A DNA stretch of 64,000 nucleotides, from the IMG/VR virus record IMGVR_UViG_3300031665_000002, positions 981-64,980 of that record, one strand, 5' to 3'. The notes below the pieces were generated by a model. The model was given only the letters and a program-made list of their open reading frames with translations. It was not told the origin of the DNA and searched no databases. Below are positions 35,692-45,831 of this stretch, one piece after another (positions within the stretch are counted from its first letter, which is position 1; each line of letters begins with the position of its first letter). Origin of the DNA: a virus (lineage: Duplodnaviria; Caudoviricetes). The translations under genes were made by a program, and so were the position numbers.

Positions 35692-35754
35692 AGCGCATCT
35701 CCCTTTCTATGCATCCACCTATCCAGCGCATGACCGGAACGGCCATGCTGTTGC

Positions 35755-36753
35755 CTAACGACTGCTTTGTAGCGTTTCAAGCTCGACGGCGGCAAACATG
35801 CCCGCATCGTCGGAAATCCGACGCTTAGCCATGTGCGCATAATCCGAATTTAGCTCGATAAGAACCGCGTTTCGCTTAAGCTTGTCGGCCACAAGCCCCG
35901 CCGTTCCAGCTCCGCCAAACGGATCAAGGACCGTCCCACCGGCTGGGCAACCCGCTCGAATACAAATCTCTGCAAGCGCCTGCGGGAACGTCGCAAAATG
36001 CGCCTCCGGAAATGCTTCCGTCGCAATCCTCCACACCGAATGCCGATTGCGACCGGGCTTTAGCTCCGCCTCTTGATATTTCGCCGAGGTGCGCCCGCTA
36101 CGGTGAATAGTCCCGTGTGCGCCTTCCCCGCAGTCGTAATTCCCCGGAACCTTTACGCGCTTGCTGGCCGCGCCCAATGGTGCGGCCTCATTGTCATTTT
36201 CGCGAATGGCGTCTTGATCGTAGTAATAGCGCTCAGATTTCGTAAAAAGAAAAATATGCTCATGGGCTTTCGTGCAGCGATCACGGCACGATTCCGGCGT
36301 AGGATTGGGCTTGTACCAGATGATTTCTTGCCGCAGCCACCAGCCAGACGCGCGCAAGGCAAAGGCGAGCATCCAGGGCGCGCCGATAAGATCCTTTGCC
36401 TTGATACCAGTAGACGCGCACGTTGAATTCCCTCGAAGGTTTGGCGCGGTAAATTCCCTATTGGCGCGTTGGCCGTTTTTCCCCTGCCAGCCAGCGCCGC
36501 CGCGCGACGCGTAGGAGTCGCCATAGTTAAGCCAAAGCGTCCCATCTGGGCAAAGAACGCGGCGCACCTCGCGGAACACACAAACGAGTTTGTCTATATG
36601 CACTTCCAATGTTTTTTCAGCGCCTATCTGGCCCTCAACGCCGTAATCACGCAGCCCCCAATATGGCGGACTGGTAACGACGCAATGCACGCTGTTGTCA
36701 GGCAGCGTTGCCAGCCCGGCCATAACATCAGCGTTGATAATGCGAACGGTCAT
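35755..36753 (-). CDS. DNA methyltransferase (N4-cytosine/N6-adenine, beta class)
   Basis: VVTSPPYWGLRDYG, HFATFP, VLDPFGGAGT; start MTVRII at 36753. Confidence 0.92.
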   Translation of the reverse strand: MTVRIINADVMAGLATLPDNSVHCVVTSPPYWGLRDYGVEGQIGAEKTLEVHIDKLVCVFREVRRVLCPDGTLWLNYGDSYASRGGAGWQGKNGQRANREFTAPNLRGNSTCASTGIKAKDLIGAPWMLAFALRASGWWLRQEIIWYKPNPTPESCRDRCTKAHEHIFLFTKSERYYYDQDAIRENDNEAAPLGAASKRVKVPGNYDCGEGAHGTIHRSGRTSAKYQEAELKPGRNRHSVWRIATEAFPEAHFATFPQALAEICIRAGCPAGGTVLDPFGGAGTAGLVADKLKRNAVLIELNSDYAHMAKRRISDDAGMFAAVELETLQSSR

Positions 36754-37096
36754 CTTCTGACAGCACCTTTGCGGCTTCCGTGTCGGCCCAATCCCTGATT
36801 TGATGCGCAAGCTCTGGATTTTCGCCTTCTATAAAATCAGCATATTTGCGCATCGCCGCCCTTGACGCCTTGGCGTAAGCGTCATTTCCGCCCGGCTTCA
36901 GCACAAAGTACTTCATCAACAATCCGGTTGATTCAACATCCGATTCCGCCAGCGCTTGCGAAGCTGCGCGCGCTGCATTTTCCCAGAAATCCCGGTCATC
37001 TTTAGAGAGGCGATCAAATGGGGGAATACAATCCCGTGGTAAGTCCGTGACCTTCTCATAGGTAAGTTGCCCGAGTGTTTTACGTTTATCGCTCAT
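36728..37096 (-). CDS. Hypothetical protein
   Basis: Start MSDKRKT; MKYFVLKP..ND.YA.ASR.AMR.YA. Confidence 0.6.
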   Translation of the reverse strand: MSDKRKTLGQLTYEKVTDLPRDCIPPFDRLSKDDRDFWENAARAASQALAESDVESTGLLMKYFVLKPGGNDAYAKASRAAMRKYADFIEGENPELAHQIRDWADTEAAKVLSEDDRSHYQR

Positions 37097-37110
37097 TCCT
37101 TGGACTCCGT

Positions 37111-38028
37111 TTAGCAACTGCGACGGCCCCACACCCCAACGGGCGCAGCGTCATATTTCCGAATACCCCACGCGATGGCGTAAAGGCACCAGATGAAATG
37201 AGTAGTCCATTCCGTGAAATCGACCTCTACAAAGTCTTCAAAGCGCAGCCCGTGGCTGTCGAAGTTATAGGCCGCTTCCATCGCCGCGTGTTCGTCGTCA
37301 CTGCACGAAAGCAAGTCGTTTTCAATGTCGGCGCGCAGTTCTTCGCATGCGGTGGGAATCCGGCTCATTTCCGCACGAACATGTTCTGCGTAACGCTCTC
37401 TAATGGCGCGCTCGAATTTGCCCTTATCCCACCGCTTCACGCTGTCGCCGCGCCTGCCGTAAGCTTGGGCCTCTAACTTCTCTGCCCAATACTCAATGTT
37501 GATGTACAGCTTATCGCCCGCGCCATCCCTGCGGAAAAATTGAAACATGTCATCAAGGCGCGAAAACACATAGCACCCCATATCGCCGGATATGCTCAAA
37601 GAGCCCGGCCACGTCACAATGTCGAACCAATGAATTGAAGTGTCAGGATTACGGAACCGCAAATGTCGGTAGATGCCATCATCGTGCATTACATACATTT
37701 TATGTTTCGCAACGTCCCTTAGAAATTCTTCTTCAGAACAGGCGGCAACGTCATCATCAATCTTCCCAGCGGCAACAAGCGCCGCGTGACAATCTGGGCA
37801 GAACTGGCTTTGATGCATCGCCGCCCCCTTGGGCCACACAGCAGAAACCATATGCTTTTCACAGAAATAACGATCACATGAAAACTCATCTTCCCCATGC
37901 ATGCCGCCGCACGCATAAGACAAACCCCTGTTTATCTTTGCGTTGCATCCTGGATAATCGCACGTTGCCTCATGAGCGTAGCCTATCGGCCTTCCCTGGC
38001 TATCCTCGCCGCAATTCGCCCAACCCAT
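37111..38028 (-). CDS. Hypothetical two-domain protein (Cys-rich N-terminus plus conserved phage domain)
   Basis: GYAHEATCD.PGC...INRGL.Y.CG and DDGIYRHLRF...WFDIVTWPGSL.ISGDMG. Confidence 0.7.
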   Translation of the reverse strand: MGWANCGEDSQGRPIGYAHEATCDYPGCNAKINRGLSYACGGMHGEDEFSCDRYFCEKHMVSAVWPKGAAMHQSQFCPDCHAALVAAGKIDDDVAACSEEEFLRDVAKHKMYVMHDDGIYRHLRFRNPDTSIHWFDIVTWPGSLSISGDMGCYVFSRLDDMFQFFRRDGAGDKLYINIEYWAEKLEAQAYGRRGDSVKRWDKGKFERAIRERYAEHVRAEMSRIPTACEELRADIENDLLSCSDDEHAAMEAAYNFDSHGLRFEDFVEVDFTEWTTHFIWCLYAIAWGIRKYDAAPVGVWGRRSC

Positions 38029-38110
38029 TGTTACCCCCTTTTCCTACAGCGCCAGCTATGCGCCGACTTGCCCGCATAACTGGCGTGTAGAGTTGTTTTT
38101 CCCCTTAGAT

Positions 38111-38428
38111 TCAATGATCGTTAGATTGCGCCGACTTGCGGCCGCCAATGTTAACAATCTTGTTAACCGAAGTTTCAAGAGAAACAACAAGATGCCGAGG
38201 CGCAAGACCTTCGTGAAAAGCGTTTACCTCAGTAACAAGCGTATGCCAGTTGACCTTTGTTTCACCAACGGGCAATAACGCCCTAATATCAAAGACAAGA
38301 CACGGTGCCCCCATGACAGCATCCAAAAAAATTTGAATACGCAAACCGACCTCCGAATGTTCACGCTCCAATCGTTCCCTAGCCTTTAATAGCTCTACAA
38401 CCGTTTCAGTGTCGAAAACATCAGCCAT
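38111..38428 (-). CDS. Hypothetical protein
   Basis: Start MADVFD. Confidence 0.5.
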   Translation of the reverse strand: MADVFDTETVVELLKARERLEREHSEVGLRIQIFLDAVMGAPCLVFDIRALLPVGETKVNWHTLVTEVNAFHEGLAPRHLVVSLETSVNKIVNIGGRKSAQSNDH

Positions 38429-38900
38429 TTTCTTGTTCCTCATCTTCGCCAAAATATTTTGACTTCGAAACCCAGCGGTTAGCCCGGATCAAAAAGCCAA
38501 GGTTAAACCCATCTAAAGCTTCATCCTGGACAACACGCACAATCGTTTCGTCTCCGCTATCGCTTGGGAATTGCGGGTAGAAATGCATGAAGGTGTAGAC
38601 CGCAGCCGTAAGGCGATCATCTGGGACAAAATAAATAGTTGTCGTACCTTCAACAGCTTCCGCAGCCTTGTTCCTTGCTTCAACCACGGCGACCGCCTCA
38701 AGCATTTCCCTGAGTGACATATCAACAAGCGTTGCAAAGTCGGCTGTGTGTCTGCCGTTTTCCTCTCGGCCCAGCTCAGTTTCAAAAGCAAAGCTGTTGA
38801 TTGCCTGCGCGATCAACAGCGCCGCCTTGAATTCTGGACTCTCATTTTCTGATTCTGTTTGCGGATTCTCAACTACAATTTTAGACTCATTAGCAGACAT
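38421..38900 (-). CDS. Hypothetical acidic protein
   Basis: 159 aa. Confidence 0.6.
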   Translation of the reverse strand: MSANESKIVVENPQTESENESPEFKAALLIAQAINSFAFETELGREENGRHTADFATLVDMSLREMLEAVAVVEARNKAAEAVEGTTTIYFVPDDRLTAAVYTFMHFYPQFPSDSGDETIVRVVQDEALDGFNLGFLIRANRWVSKSKYFGEDEEQENG

Positions 38901-38962
38901 AACTTTTCCCCTTTCAGCTTTTCGGAAATGGTCAAAATACCTTCGTTCCCGTTCCTTCCTTT

Positions 38963-40393
38963 TTACGCGTCTTCGTGCCGTCGTTCCTTCCGTCGATCGT
39001 CAAGTTTGACGACGTTCGATCGACGATCGACACCGCCGCCGCCGCGTTCCCACGCAATGCGGCTTGCCCCTATGCCATCAACCTCAACGCCTTCAATGCG
39101 AAAACGCAGCCGCAAATCATCGGCGGCAGCGTTGATGCCCGCACAGACAAGCAAGCGGCGCTTTTGTTCTGCATCGGCGGCGGCATTGTCTGCCGGATCG
39201 GGCATAACCACCCACGCCGCGCGCGCGGCGCGCCGGTAAGTGTCGGCCCCAGCGAATTGAGCTTCAAGATTGTTCCCCGGCCTTTTCGGTGGGTGCACGA
39301 TCCCCAACACAGCCGCCCCGGTATTTGCCGCCCACTCCAGCAGCGGGCGAAGGCGACGCCGGATTGTCGCGTCATCTGAAACGCCGGTTCCAAAGAAGGC
39401 AAGCAATGGCGACAGCACCAGCAGGCGCACCCCACCGACAGCGGCTAACTCACTGGCAACGCGCGGCATTTGTTCGGAAATGTCAAGTGCGCCGCCCTGT
39501 GCATCGCGAATTACAATGCGGCTAAGATCGGCACCAGCCGCAACCAATCGTGGAACGATTGACGACGCCCCCATGTCCTCAACTTCAAATATAGCTACGC
39601 CCCCAGTAGCGCACCTTTCACCCGTCGGCCAGCCAAGCCCGGCAGAAATACGCGCTGCGCAATCAAGTGAAACTTGCGTCTTACCAGCTTTCGGCTGGCC
39701 CGACAGCAGCGACAAGGCCCCAGCCGGAAACACATTCGGCCACAGCCAGTCTGTTGATTGTTGCGTAATGGTGGCCGCCGACGTGAACAGCGCCGCAGGA
39801 GCGTCCCCCCCCTTCTTTGTCGCAAGCGTAACTTGTGGTGTGGCAAAGTCGGTTAACACTGAAATCCTGTCCTTGTACAGGCATTCAAGGCGCGCCATTG
39901 CTCCCTGATACATCGTGCCAGCAACCGGGATAAAATGCCTAAGCCCCTTTCCCCCAAGCTGTTTTGCAACGCGATCTTCGACGGCCTCGACGGCCTCGAC
40001 TGGGCATTCGTTCATCAATCGCCACGCAACATAAACCCAATGGCCTATATTTATTCGCAGAAACGGCGCGGGCTTAAATTGATCAAGCTTGGCCACATGG
40101 CTCGCCAACAGCTTGACGCCAAAGTGGCGTGTGCCGCGCAAATGTCCGCGCACAAGCTTAACGCCCGTAACCGCACCGTGAGTTTCAGCCATAAGCAAGG
40201 CGACGTTTCGCCCCGCCTTCTGTGTTTTTCGAATCCAGTCCGAAGCGCCGCCATGCTGATGTGGTGCAAACGTTACCGGCAAAGCCTTGCTCGTGCCGAT
40301 AGGAGCAAGCACCCAAGGAAAGAGGCTGGTACGGAAATTCTCAATAAATGCCACAGATTGCCGCGTTTCTGGCGGCGCAAACAAGCTAAACAT
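38963..40393 (-). CDS. AAA (RepA/AAA_25-like) primase-helicase-type ATPase
   Basis: DWLWPNVFP.GALSLLSGQPKAGKT, FEVED, VLSPLL; N-terminus resembles a degenerate RepB primase domain. Confidence 0.8.
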   Translation of the reverse strand: MFSLFAPPETRQSVAFIENFRTSLFPWVLAPIGTSKALPVTFAPHQHGGASDWIRKTQKAGRNVALLMAETHGAVTGVKLVRGHLRGTRHFGVKLLASHVAKLDQFKPAPFLRINIGHWVYVAWRLMNECPVEAVEAVEDRVAKQLGGKGLRHFIPVAGTMYQGAMARLECLYKDRISVLTDFATPQVTLATKKGGDAPAALFTSAATITQQSTDWLWPNVFPAGALSLLSGQPKAGKTQVSLDCAARISAGLGWPTGERCATGGVAIFEVEDMGASSIVPRLVAAGADLSRIVIRDAQGGALDISEQMPRVASELAAVGGVRLLVLSPLLAFFGTGVSDDATIRRRLRPLLEWAANTGAAVLGIVHPPKRPGNNLEAQFAGADTYRRAARAAWVVMPDPADNAAADAEQKRRLLVCAGINAAADDLRLRFRIEGVEVDGIGASRIAWERGGGGVDRRSNVVKLDDRRKERRHEDA

Positions 40394-41199
40394 TATTCAC
40401 CTGCTGATTGATCGCCTAAAAGTGGTGCACCGTTCGCGCCAAGCTGCGTTAGCGTAATCCCTTCATAGTAGCGGCCCTGACTACGGCCAACCCTTCCACC
40501 GAGCGCTTGAACAGCGTCAGTCATGCGGCGGCCAAACGTCACCATAGGAAGCAGCGCCGTGACGTTGTTCATAGCCGCCCAATTCTCATAATGGGTGTAA
40601 GCATCCTTTGGCAAAACGCGTTGACCATTGGCCGCCGTTACACACGATTGGAACCACATGTTCCAGCCCATTTCCGGATTAACCTGCGCGAGCGGCGACG
40701 GTTCCAGGCTTTCTGCTGGCTCATCTTGTGGTGTCTCAACCGGCACCGCTTCAACTGGCGGCGCGAGGATCGCAGAAACCGACTTTCCCACGATCAACAA
40801 CGCGCCGACCGCGCCAAATTCGGCGAGCACGGCGAGAAACACCACGTTTCCGCGCCCCCACAAGCCAAGGCCGTTATCATCATTCGTCGCGTAAACAACG
40901 CCAGAAATGAAGCTGAACAGAAAGCAGCCCAGCCACAACAGAAAGGCAATCGTGCGGATTTCGGCCCGCAAATATTCCATCGCGACAGGAATTCCCGATA
41001 TCAGCACGGACACCGCAACCGCAATAACAGTGAGTTTCGCCGCGTCTTCCGGATCGCGCCCCAACTGGTCGGCAAACATCACGTTGAACATGATGCTTGC
41101 ACCAATTAAGACGATCCCCGGCAAGCCAACAAACACCATGATGGCCTTTAACCGCCATAGCGCCGCCGCTCGTTCTTCTGTCGTCAATCCCGCGCTCAT
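40393..41199 (-). CDS. Membrane protein with C-terminal D5/primase-type winged-helix-like domain
   Basis: Four TM segments, then WFQSCV...AYTHYENWA..N......TFGRRM...RYYEGITL. Confidence 0.65.
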   Translation of the reverse strand: MSAGLTTEERAAALWRLKAIMVFVGLPGIVLIGASIMFNVMFADQLGRDPEDAAKLTVIAVAVSVLISGIPVAMEYLRAEIRTIAFLLWLGCFLFSFISGVVYATNDDNGLGLWGRGNVVFLAVLAEFGAVGALLIVGKSVSAILAPPVEAVPVETPQDEPAESLEPSPLAQVNPEMGWNMWFQSCVTAANGQRVLPKDAYTHYENWAAMNNVTALLPMVTFGRRMTDAVQALGGRVGRSQGRYYEGITLTQLGANGAPLLGDQSAGE

Positions 41200-41564
41200 G
41201 GTCGGTAATTCTTTAAAAACTCAACGGCGCACGTCCGCATAAGGCTTGCCCCTTCAGCCGTCGCCGCGCTACTGCCCCCACGCAAGCGCATCTCTACTGC
41301 GTGAAGCTCAAGATTGAGCGCGAGCAAGAGTTGCTCGCGCTCAACCATCAAAACAGGGCTAGGCCCTGGCAGCTCTTGCGGCGGCGGCAACTCTTGCGGT
41401 GATAGCTTTATGCTAAACATCAGATAGAGCACTGCAAGAAGCGCTGGCGCGGCGACGATAAGCATATAAAAAGTGTCGCTGTGCATTATCACCCCCCAAA
41501 CCACCGCATTAACAATGAAGCAAGAAGGCACGATGCGCAGAACCAAATAAACCTTACGGCCCAC
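41196..41564 (-). CDS. Membrane hypothetical protein
   Basis: Two TM segments. Confidence 0.5.
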   Translation of the reverse strand: MGRKVYLVLRIVPSCFIVNAVVWGVIMHSDTFYMLIVAAPALLAVLYLMFSIKLSPQELPPPQELPGPSPVLMVEREQLLLALNLELHAVEMRLRGGSSAATAEGASLMRTCAVEFLKNYRP

Positions 41565-41614
41565 ATGGCAGCAACCGCATGCTCTGCTTCTGTTTCAAGT
41601 CCGAATGTCATGTT

Positions 41615-42442
41615 TCACCATAGATCAGTTGCCCTGCTCTTGAGGACATCAACCAACGTTCTCAAAGATACAGGATCGCTGCTGCTGCAATTGTAGTAAC
41701 CAAGTACGACGACTTGTTGCGTTTTTTGATGAACGCCGTAAATGATCGGATCGTATTGAACCCTACGCGCGGCGGCCTGTTTCCACCGCTCGACCTTTGG
41801 CAGCCTTATTGCCGTTGCTGGAACGGCAACATGTAAATGGAGCCCAGCCAGCCCCGCCCTGTGCAATGTCGGCAAAAGCGCTTGCGGTGGGCGTGGAAAC
41901 ACAATTTCAATTGACGTATCGCCGCCTTCTACCGCCTCCCCGTTCGGAAATAGGGTGCGAATTAAATCTATATGGCCGGTATCGGCCATGTTTTTCCAAA
42001 GCATCGTGAGAACCGGCTTTTTTCCGCTGTGCCAATACCAGTCATCCGCATAAGCGGCGTCGTGGTCCGCTTGCGCCATGAGCCCCCGCGTTTCGCACGG
42101 GATGTTTCCGGAAAGCGGAAGGCGGTATAAAAACGCCGCTCTACACGTGGCGGCCCACGCGTCACCGTCAAAAACGCCGTATATTCTTCTGACGCCATTT
42201 CGGCGAAGGGCGGCAAGCAGCCCGTTATCTCCTGGAGACGCCGTTCCAAACCCCGTAAACGTTGCCCCGCTCGCGCCTCCGGTATCAGGCGCACGTGTCG
42301 CCACGGCAACCCCACCGCTTTCAACCGGAAAGGCTTTAACAGCGCGCGACACGGGAACAACGGTCAGCGCCATGGAGTTCCTGCCGCCCCCCGATGGTTT
42401 AAGCGCCCTTAACATATCCCTAAGTGCAAACAAGGATTTCAT
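41615..42442 (-). CDS. Hypothetical protein
   Basis: Start MKSLFALRD (ATGA overlap). Confidence 0.55.
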   Translation of the reverse strand: MKSLFALRDMLRALKPSGGGRNSMALTVVPVSRAVKAFPVESGGVAVATRAPDTGGASGATFTGFGTASPGDNGLLAALRRNGVRRIYGVFDGDAWAATCRAAFLYRLPLSGNIPCETRGLMAQADHDAAYADDWYWHSGKKPVLTMLWKNMADTGHIDLIRTLFPNGEAVEGGDTSIEIVFPRPPQALLPTLHRAGLAGLHLHVAVPATAIRLPKVERWKQAAARRVQYDPIIYGVHQKTQQVVVLGYYNCSSSDPVSLRTLVDVLKSRATDLW

Positions 42443-42966
42443 GCTCCCCCCCTTTCGGCGCAAAGCATCCAGTGCGTTGCGTAATCATAGCCCCAGTTTT
42501 CGCCCGGCTTTTCGCCGTAGCGCCAGTTGGCACCATCCCACCAACCAACGATGATTTGATGCCACGGCGATATAAGATAGATTCTCGTTCCATCTTTGGG
42601 GGCGGTTTCAATTGGCTGAATGTCGCCTTTCGGCTCTTTTGGCGCTGGCAACCAGTGCGTAACCACGATGCAGTCAGAAAACCAGTTCAACACATCGCAC
42701 AAAGGCACCCCCAAACCGTGAAGCCATCCTTCGTCATGGGAATAATACACATCAACAACGCGCATTCCCGCAGACTGGCGCAATTCGTCACTGTCACGGC
42801 TCACGCGCTCAAGCGACCACACCCAGACATCAACAACGGTTCCGTCTTTCGGCGCGGTTACAATTGGTTGCCAGCCTTCCTGAATTACCATGGTTCGCCC
42901 CTCATCCTCGGCGCATGCGACGCAAGCGCCGCCGTCACAATCGTTGTGCAATCTAGTGTCAGTCAT
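42439..42966 (-). CDS. Tandem DUF551-like protein
   Basis: WQPI.TAPKDGT...THW repeated twice. Confidence 0.75.
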   Translation of the reverse strand: MTDTRLHNDCDGGACVACAEDEGRTMVIQEGWQPIVTAPKDGTVVDVWVWSLERVSRDSDELRQSAGMRVVDVYYSHDEGWLHGLGVPLCDVLNWFSDCIVVTHWLPAPKEPKGDIQPIETAPKDGTRIYLISPWHQIIVGWWDGANWRYGEKPGENWGYDYATHWMLCAERGGA

Positions 42967-43208
42967 TGAACAGTATCCATAGGCGGCAACGGTTCATTCC
43001 TGCGGCTCACAAGAACATCAGCCAGCTCGTCTAAATAATCGTCGCCGTATTCCCCTCGCGCGTAGTCAGCTAACACCGCAATTGCAATGCACAAGACAAC
43101 ATCAAGGCGCATGCCCGTAGAGATAAAGCCGCAAATTTGCGCCGAAAACACCTCGGCAACTTCTGTAGCTTCAGGCCCTGAAACAATTTCCGTTTCGACA
43201 TCAGACAT
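42963..43208 (-). CDS. Hypothetical protein
   Basis: 81 aa; overlaps both neighbours. Confidence 0.55.
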   Translation of the reverse strand: MSDVETEIVSGPEATEVAEVFSAQICGFISTGMRLDVVLCIAIAVLADYARGEYGDDYLDELADVLVSRRNEPLPPMDTVQ

Positions 43209-43525
43209 TAACTTCCCCTTTTCTGGCGCTCATCATCTAGCGTCACAACGTTTTCACGGCCCGGCCCTTCTTCAGGCGCACCAGCCGGTAGCGTTAACGG
43301 CCCACATGTCGGCTTGAAGAAGGCCCCAATAAACCCAAGGGTTGCGCCAATCTCCCAAAGCTCAAGGCCAGACGTCTTGACGCCAAAGGCCGCAAGCGTG
43401 GTCAAAACCGTTTCATTGAGAATCAGGCTTACAGCCCACCCGGACGCCGCCCCGGCCACAGAGCCGAACATGATAACGACGAAGAACCCTATAAGCGTTC
43501 GAATGATATCTTCCAACTTGGTCAT
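43208..43525 (-). CDS. Membrane hypothetical protein
   Basis: Two to three TM segments. Confidence 0.6.
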   Translation of the reverse strand: MTKLEDIIRTLIGFFVVIMFGSVAGAASGWAVSLILNETVLTTLAAFGVKTSGLELWEIGATLGFIGAFFKPTCGPLTLPAGAPEEGPGRENVVTLDDERQKRGS

Positions 43526-43779
43526 GACGCCCCCTTCTCATTCGATGGATTCGACAACGTTAAATCGCTCGACCTTATCCCGACCGGATACCGCGCCATA
43601 ACTTCATAGAGCTTGTCGGCGGTAAACAATGTCACCGTCCTACCTTCTCGCAGATTGCGAATCAGCCGACAGTTGCCAGTGGCAGCGCGCCCTAATGTAG
43701 TTGGAGCCGTGCCCGTCCTCTCAAGGTAAGAGTTCACGTCGGCAAGCAACGTTGCGCTTGGCTTTTGTGTTTTCTTCAT
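43522..43779 (-). CDS. Cro-like HTH regulator (alphaproteobacterial type)
   Basis: LLADVNSYLERTGTAPTTLGRAATGN..LI.NLREGRTVTL.TADKL; first gene of the operon. Confidence 0.75.
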   Translation of the reverse strand: MKKTQKPSATLLADVNSYLERTGTAPTTLGRAATGNCRLIRNLREGRTVTLFTADKLYEVMARYPVGIRSSDLTLSNPSNEKGAS

Positions 43780-43906
43780 GGTTCCATTTTCGCTGTTATG
43801 TGTGCAATGAGATACTATTCGCAATCATATTGCAAGCATAATTATTAGGCTTGACATATGATGCTAATTGCCCTCATGGTTGAGGCGTTAAGCAAGGAGG
43901 TTCAAC
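43780..43906. promoter_or_regulatory. Divergent promoter/operator region
   Basis: AT-rich; TTGACA at 43851-56; GCAAT-CAT-ATTGC palindrome and related GCA(A)TCATAT half-sites; -10 boxes weak. Confidence 0.55.
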
Positions 43907-44110
43907 GTGCGAGCGAACAAAAACAAGCAAATAGCTGAAGCGGAAAGGGCTTTATGGGCAGCAGCAAACAAGCTCACGCTGCACGCGTCACGCGAACACG
44001 TGACATTCGTTATGAACAACCTCCGAAACTATCTCAGAACAAGCGGGCACTGGCTCGACGGCCAGGCAACAAAAATTCGCCCGCAAGATCCATCACCAAA
44101 CCAGGAGTAA
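43907..44110 (+). CDS. Hypothetical protein
   Basis: 67 aa; GTG start with SD AAGGAGG. Confidence 0.65.
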   Translation: MRANKNKQIAEAERALWAAANKLTLHASREHVTFVMNNLRNYLRTSGHWLDGQATKIRPQDPSPNQE

Positions 44111-44117
44111 GGACCAA

Positions 44118-45095
44118 ATGACAAAGCAAACCACCACAAAGAAGCCTAGCGCACCACGCAAGCGCGCAAGGGCCAGTTTTGGCCTTCAGTCAACCGAAAT
44201 AGACGCCCGCAAATCCAGCATAGGCGCAAGCGATGTGCGTATCATCTGCAATGGGACAGACGAACAGATTGAAAGACTCTGGCGAGAAAAGACGGGGAAG
44301 GCCGCGCCCGACGATCTGTCGGACAACATTCACGCGCAATTCGGGCACTTTATCGAAACCTTTCATCGGATGTGGTTCGAAGGCCGCGCCAACAACACTA
44401 TTATCAAGGTCAACAACCGCGTTGAAGGCGAAGGCGAGCTTTACGGCTCACACGTCACCCTCGACGGCTTCATAAACAAGCTGGAGCCGTTCGACACCGG
44501 CGCGGAAGATTTCGAATTGATGTGGACATGCCCGAAGCCAGCGCGCGCGGTGCCAGCCGTGTTCGAGATGAAATGGCGGAACGGCCATCAATTTAGCCCG
44601 GACAACCAGACGGCAACATTTTTGCCCCAGATCCACCATGCAATGGCGCTTACCGGCACGGATTACGCGGTGCTTTCAACGTTCACGAGCAATCTAAAAA
44701 TCATAGCCCGCGTGGTGAAGTTCAATGATGATTATTGGACAAAGGTTCGCGCGCGCGTTGACGCATTCGTTGCAAGCGTAAGGGCGGAAACCATGCCCCA
44801 AAGTTTTCCCCCACTGAACGCCAACGCGGCCACGCAAAAGACAATCTTGCAAACCGTCGATATGATGCAAACCACCGCCGCGAATATTTGGACGTTCTAT
44901 GCTGGTGAACTCATCGGCAACCAGCCCACGCCAGATGAAAAGCTTAAATTAACCGCGATTGAGAAGGCCAAGAAAGAACTAAAGGCCGTCATCGGAAAGG
45001 ATGTTGGCAAAGCGCACGGCGGCGGCATTTACACCAAGCGAGACGGGCGCGGAGCTATTTCTTTCTACAACGACAAAACCGACGAACGCCTATAA
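44118..45095 (+). CDS. YqaJ-like viral recombinase exonuclease
   Basis: RKSSIGASD...LWREKTG...G...E, TLDG, EMK, PQIHHAM motifs. Confidence 0.85.
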   Translation: MTKQTTTKKPSAPRKRARASFGLQSTEIDARKSSIGASDVRIICNGTDEQIERLWREKTGKAAPDDLSDNIHAQFGHFIETFHRMWFEGRANNTIIKVNNRVEGEGELYGSHVTLDGFINKLEPFDTGAEDFELMWTCPKPARAVPAVFEMKWRNGHQFSPDNQTATFLPQIHHAMALTGTDYAVLSTFTSNLKIIARVVKFNDDYWTKVRARVDAFVASVRAETMPQSFPPLNANAATQKTILQTVDMMQTTAANIWTFYAGELIGNQPTPDEKLKLTAIEKAKKELKAVIGKDVGKAHGGGIYTKRDGRGAISFYNDKTDERL

Positions 45096-45105
45096 GGGGG
45101 AAACG

Positions 45106-45831
45106 ATGGATAACGCAAACGCAATGCCGCCAGCAATCGCGGCGGCAATATGCAGCATAATGCAAAAAAAGCTCACCGCAGAACGCGGCGAGCAAGACAC
45201 CCGCGACGGGCGCGCCTATAGCTGGGCGTCCGTTGATGATATTTACGAAGCAGTAAGCGCGGAGATGGCCGCAGCCGGGCTTATCTCTGAAATGATCGCA
45301 TGCGGAAAGCCGGAATGGATAACGATCAACGACGCGGCGCAAGGCGGCGAACGGCAGGCGCTCAGCCTGACATACCGATTTCAGATCACAAACAGAGACG
45401 GCGAGCGCTACGCCGACCCCGACAACTTGTGGCCTATCGTGGCGTGGTTTGAAGGGGCGACGACGACCGCCGCCGCTCGAAGCCTTGCGCATAAACAAGC
45501 CCTGCGCGACCTATTCAAAATCAGAACGGTTGACCCAACGCTTACCATGAACGGAAAGGCCGAACAACCAGCCGCCACAGCCGCGCCAGCGGCAACAAGG
45601 GTGTTAAAGCCAAAACAACCACAAGAGCGATTAATGCTTTCCGAAGAAGACAGCGCCGCAAGGCGCGATGAAATCATAGAAAAGTTGAAAGCAGCAGCGG
45701 GAAGGAAGAAGGGCGATGCGCGCGCAACTGCGCTTAAAAACGCTTTTAGAGCTAACGCTGGCGGCATAGGCCGACTTACTCAGGCCGATAGCTCCGCCAT
45801 AACTACCGCCTATAGCGAGCTATTGGGATGA
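45106..45831 (+). CDS. ERF-family single-strand annealing protein
   Basis: YSWASVDDIYEAV...MAAAGL...A.S.A.KQALRDLF.I.T; follows YqaJ. Confidence 0.7.
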   Translation: MDNANAMPPAIAAAICSIMQKKLTAERGEQDTRDGRAYSWASVDDIYEAVSAEMAAAGLISEMIACGKPEWITINDAAQGGERQALSLTYRFQITNRDGERYADPDNLWPIVAWFEGATTTAAARSLAHKQALRDLFKIRTVDPTLTMNGKAEQPAATAAPAATRVLKPKQPQERLMLSEEDSAARRDEIIEKLKAAAGRKKGDARATALKNAFRANAGGIGRLTQADSSAITTAYSELLG

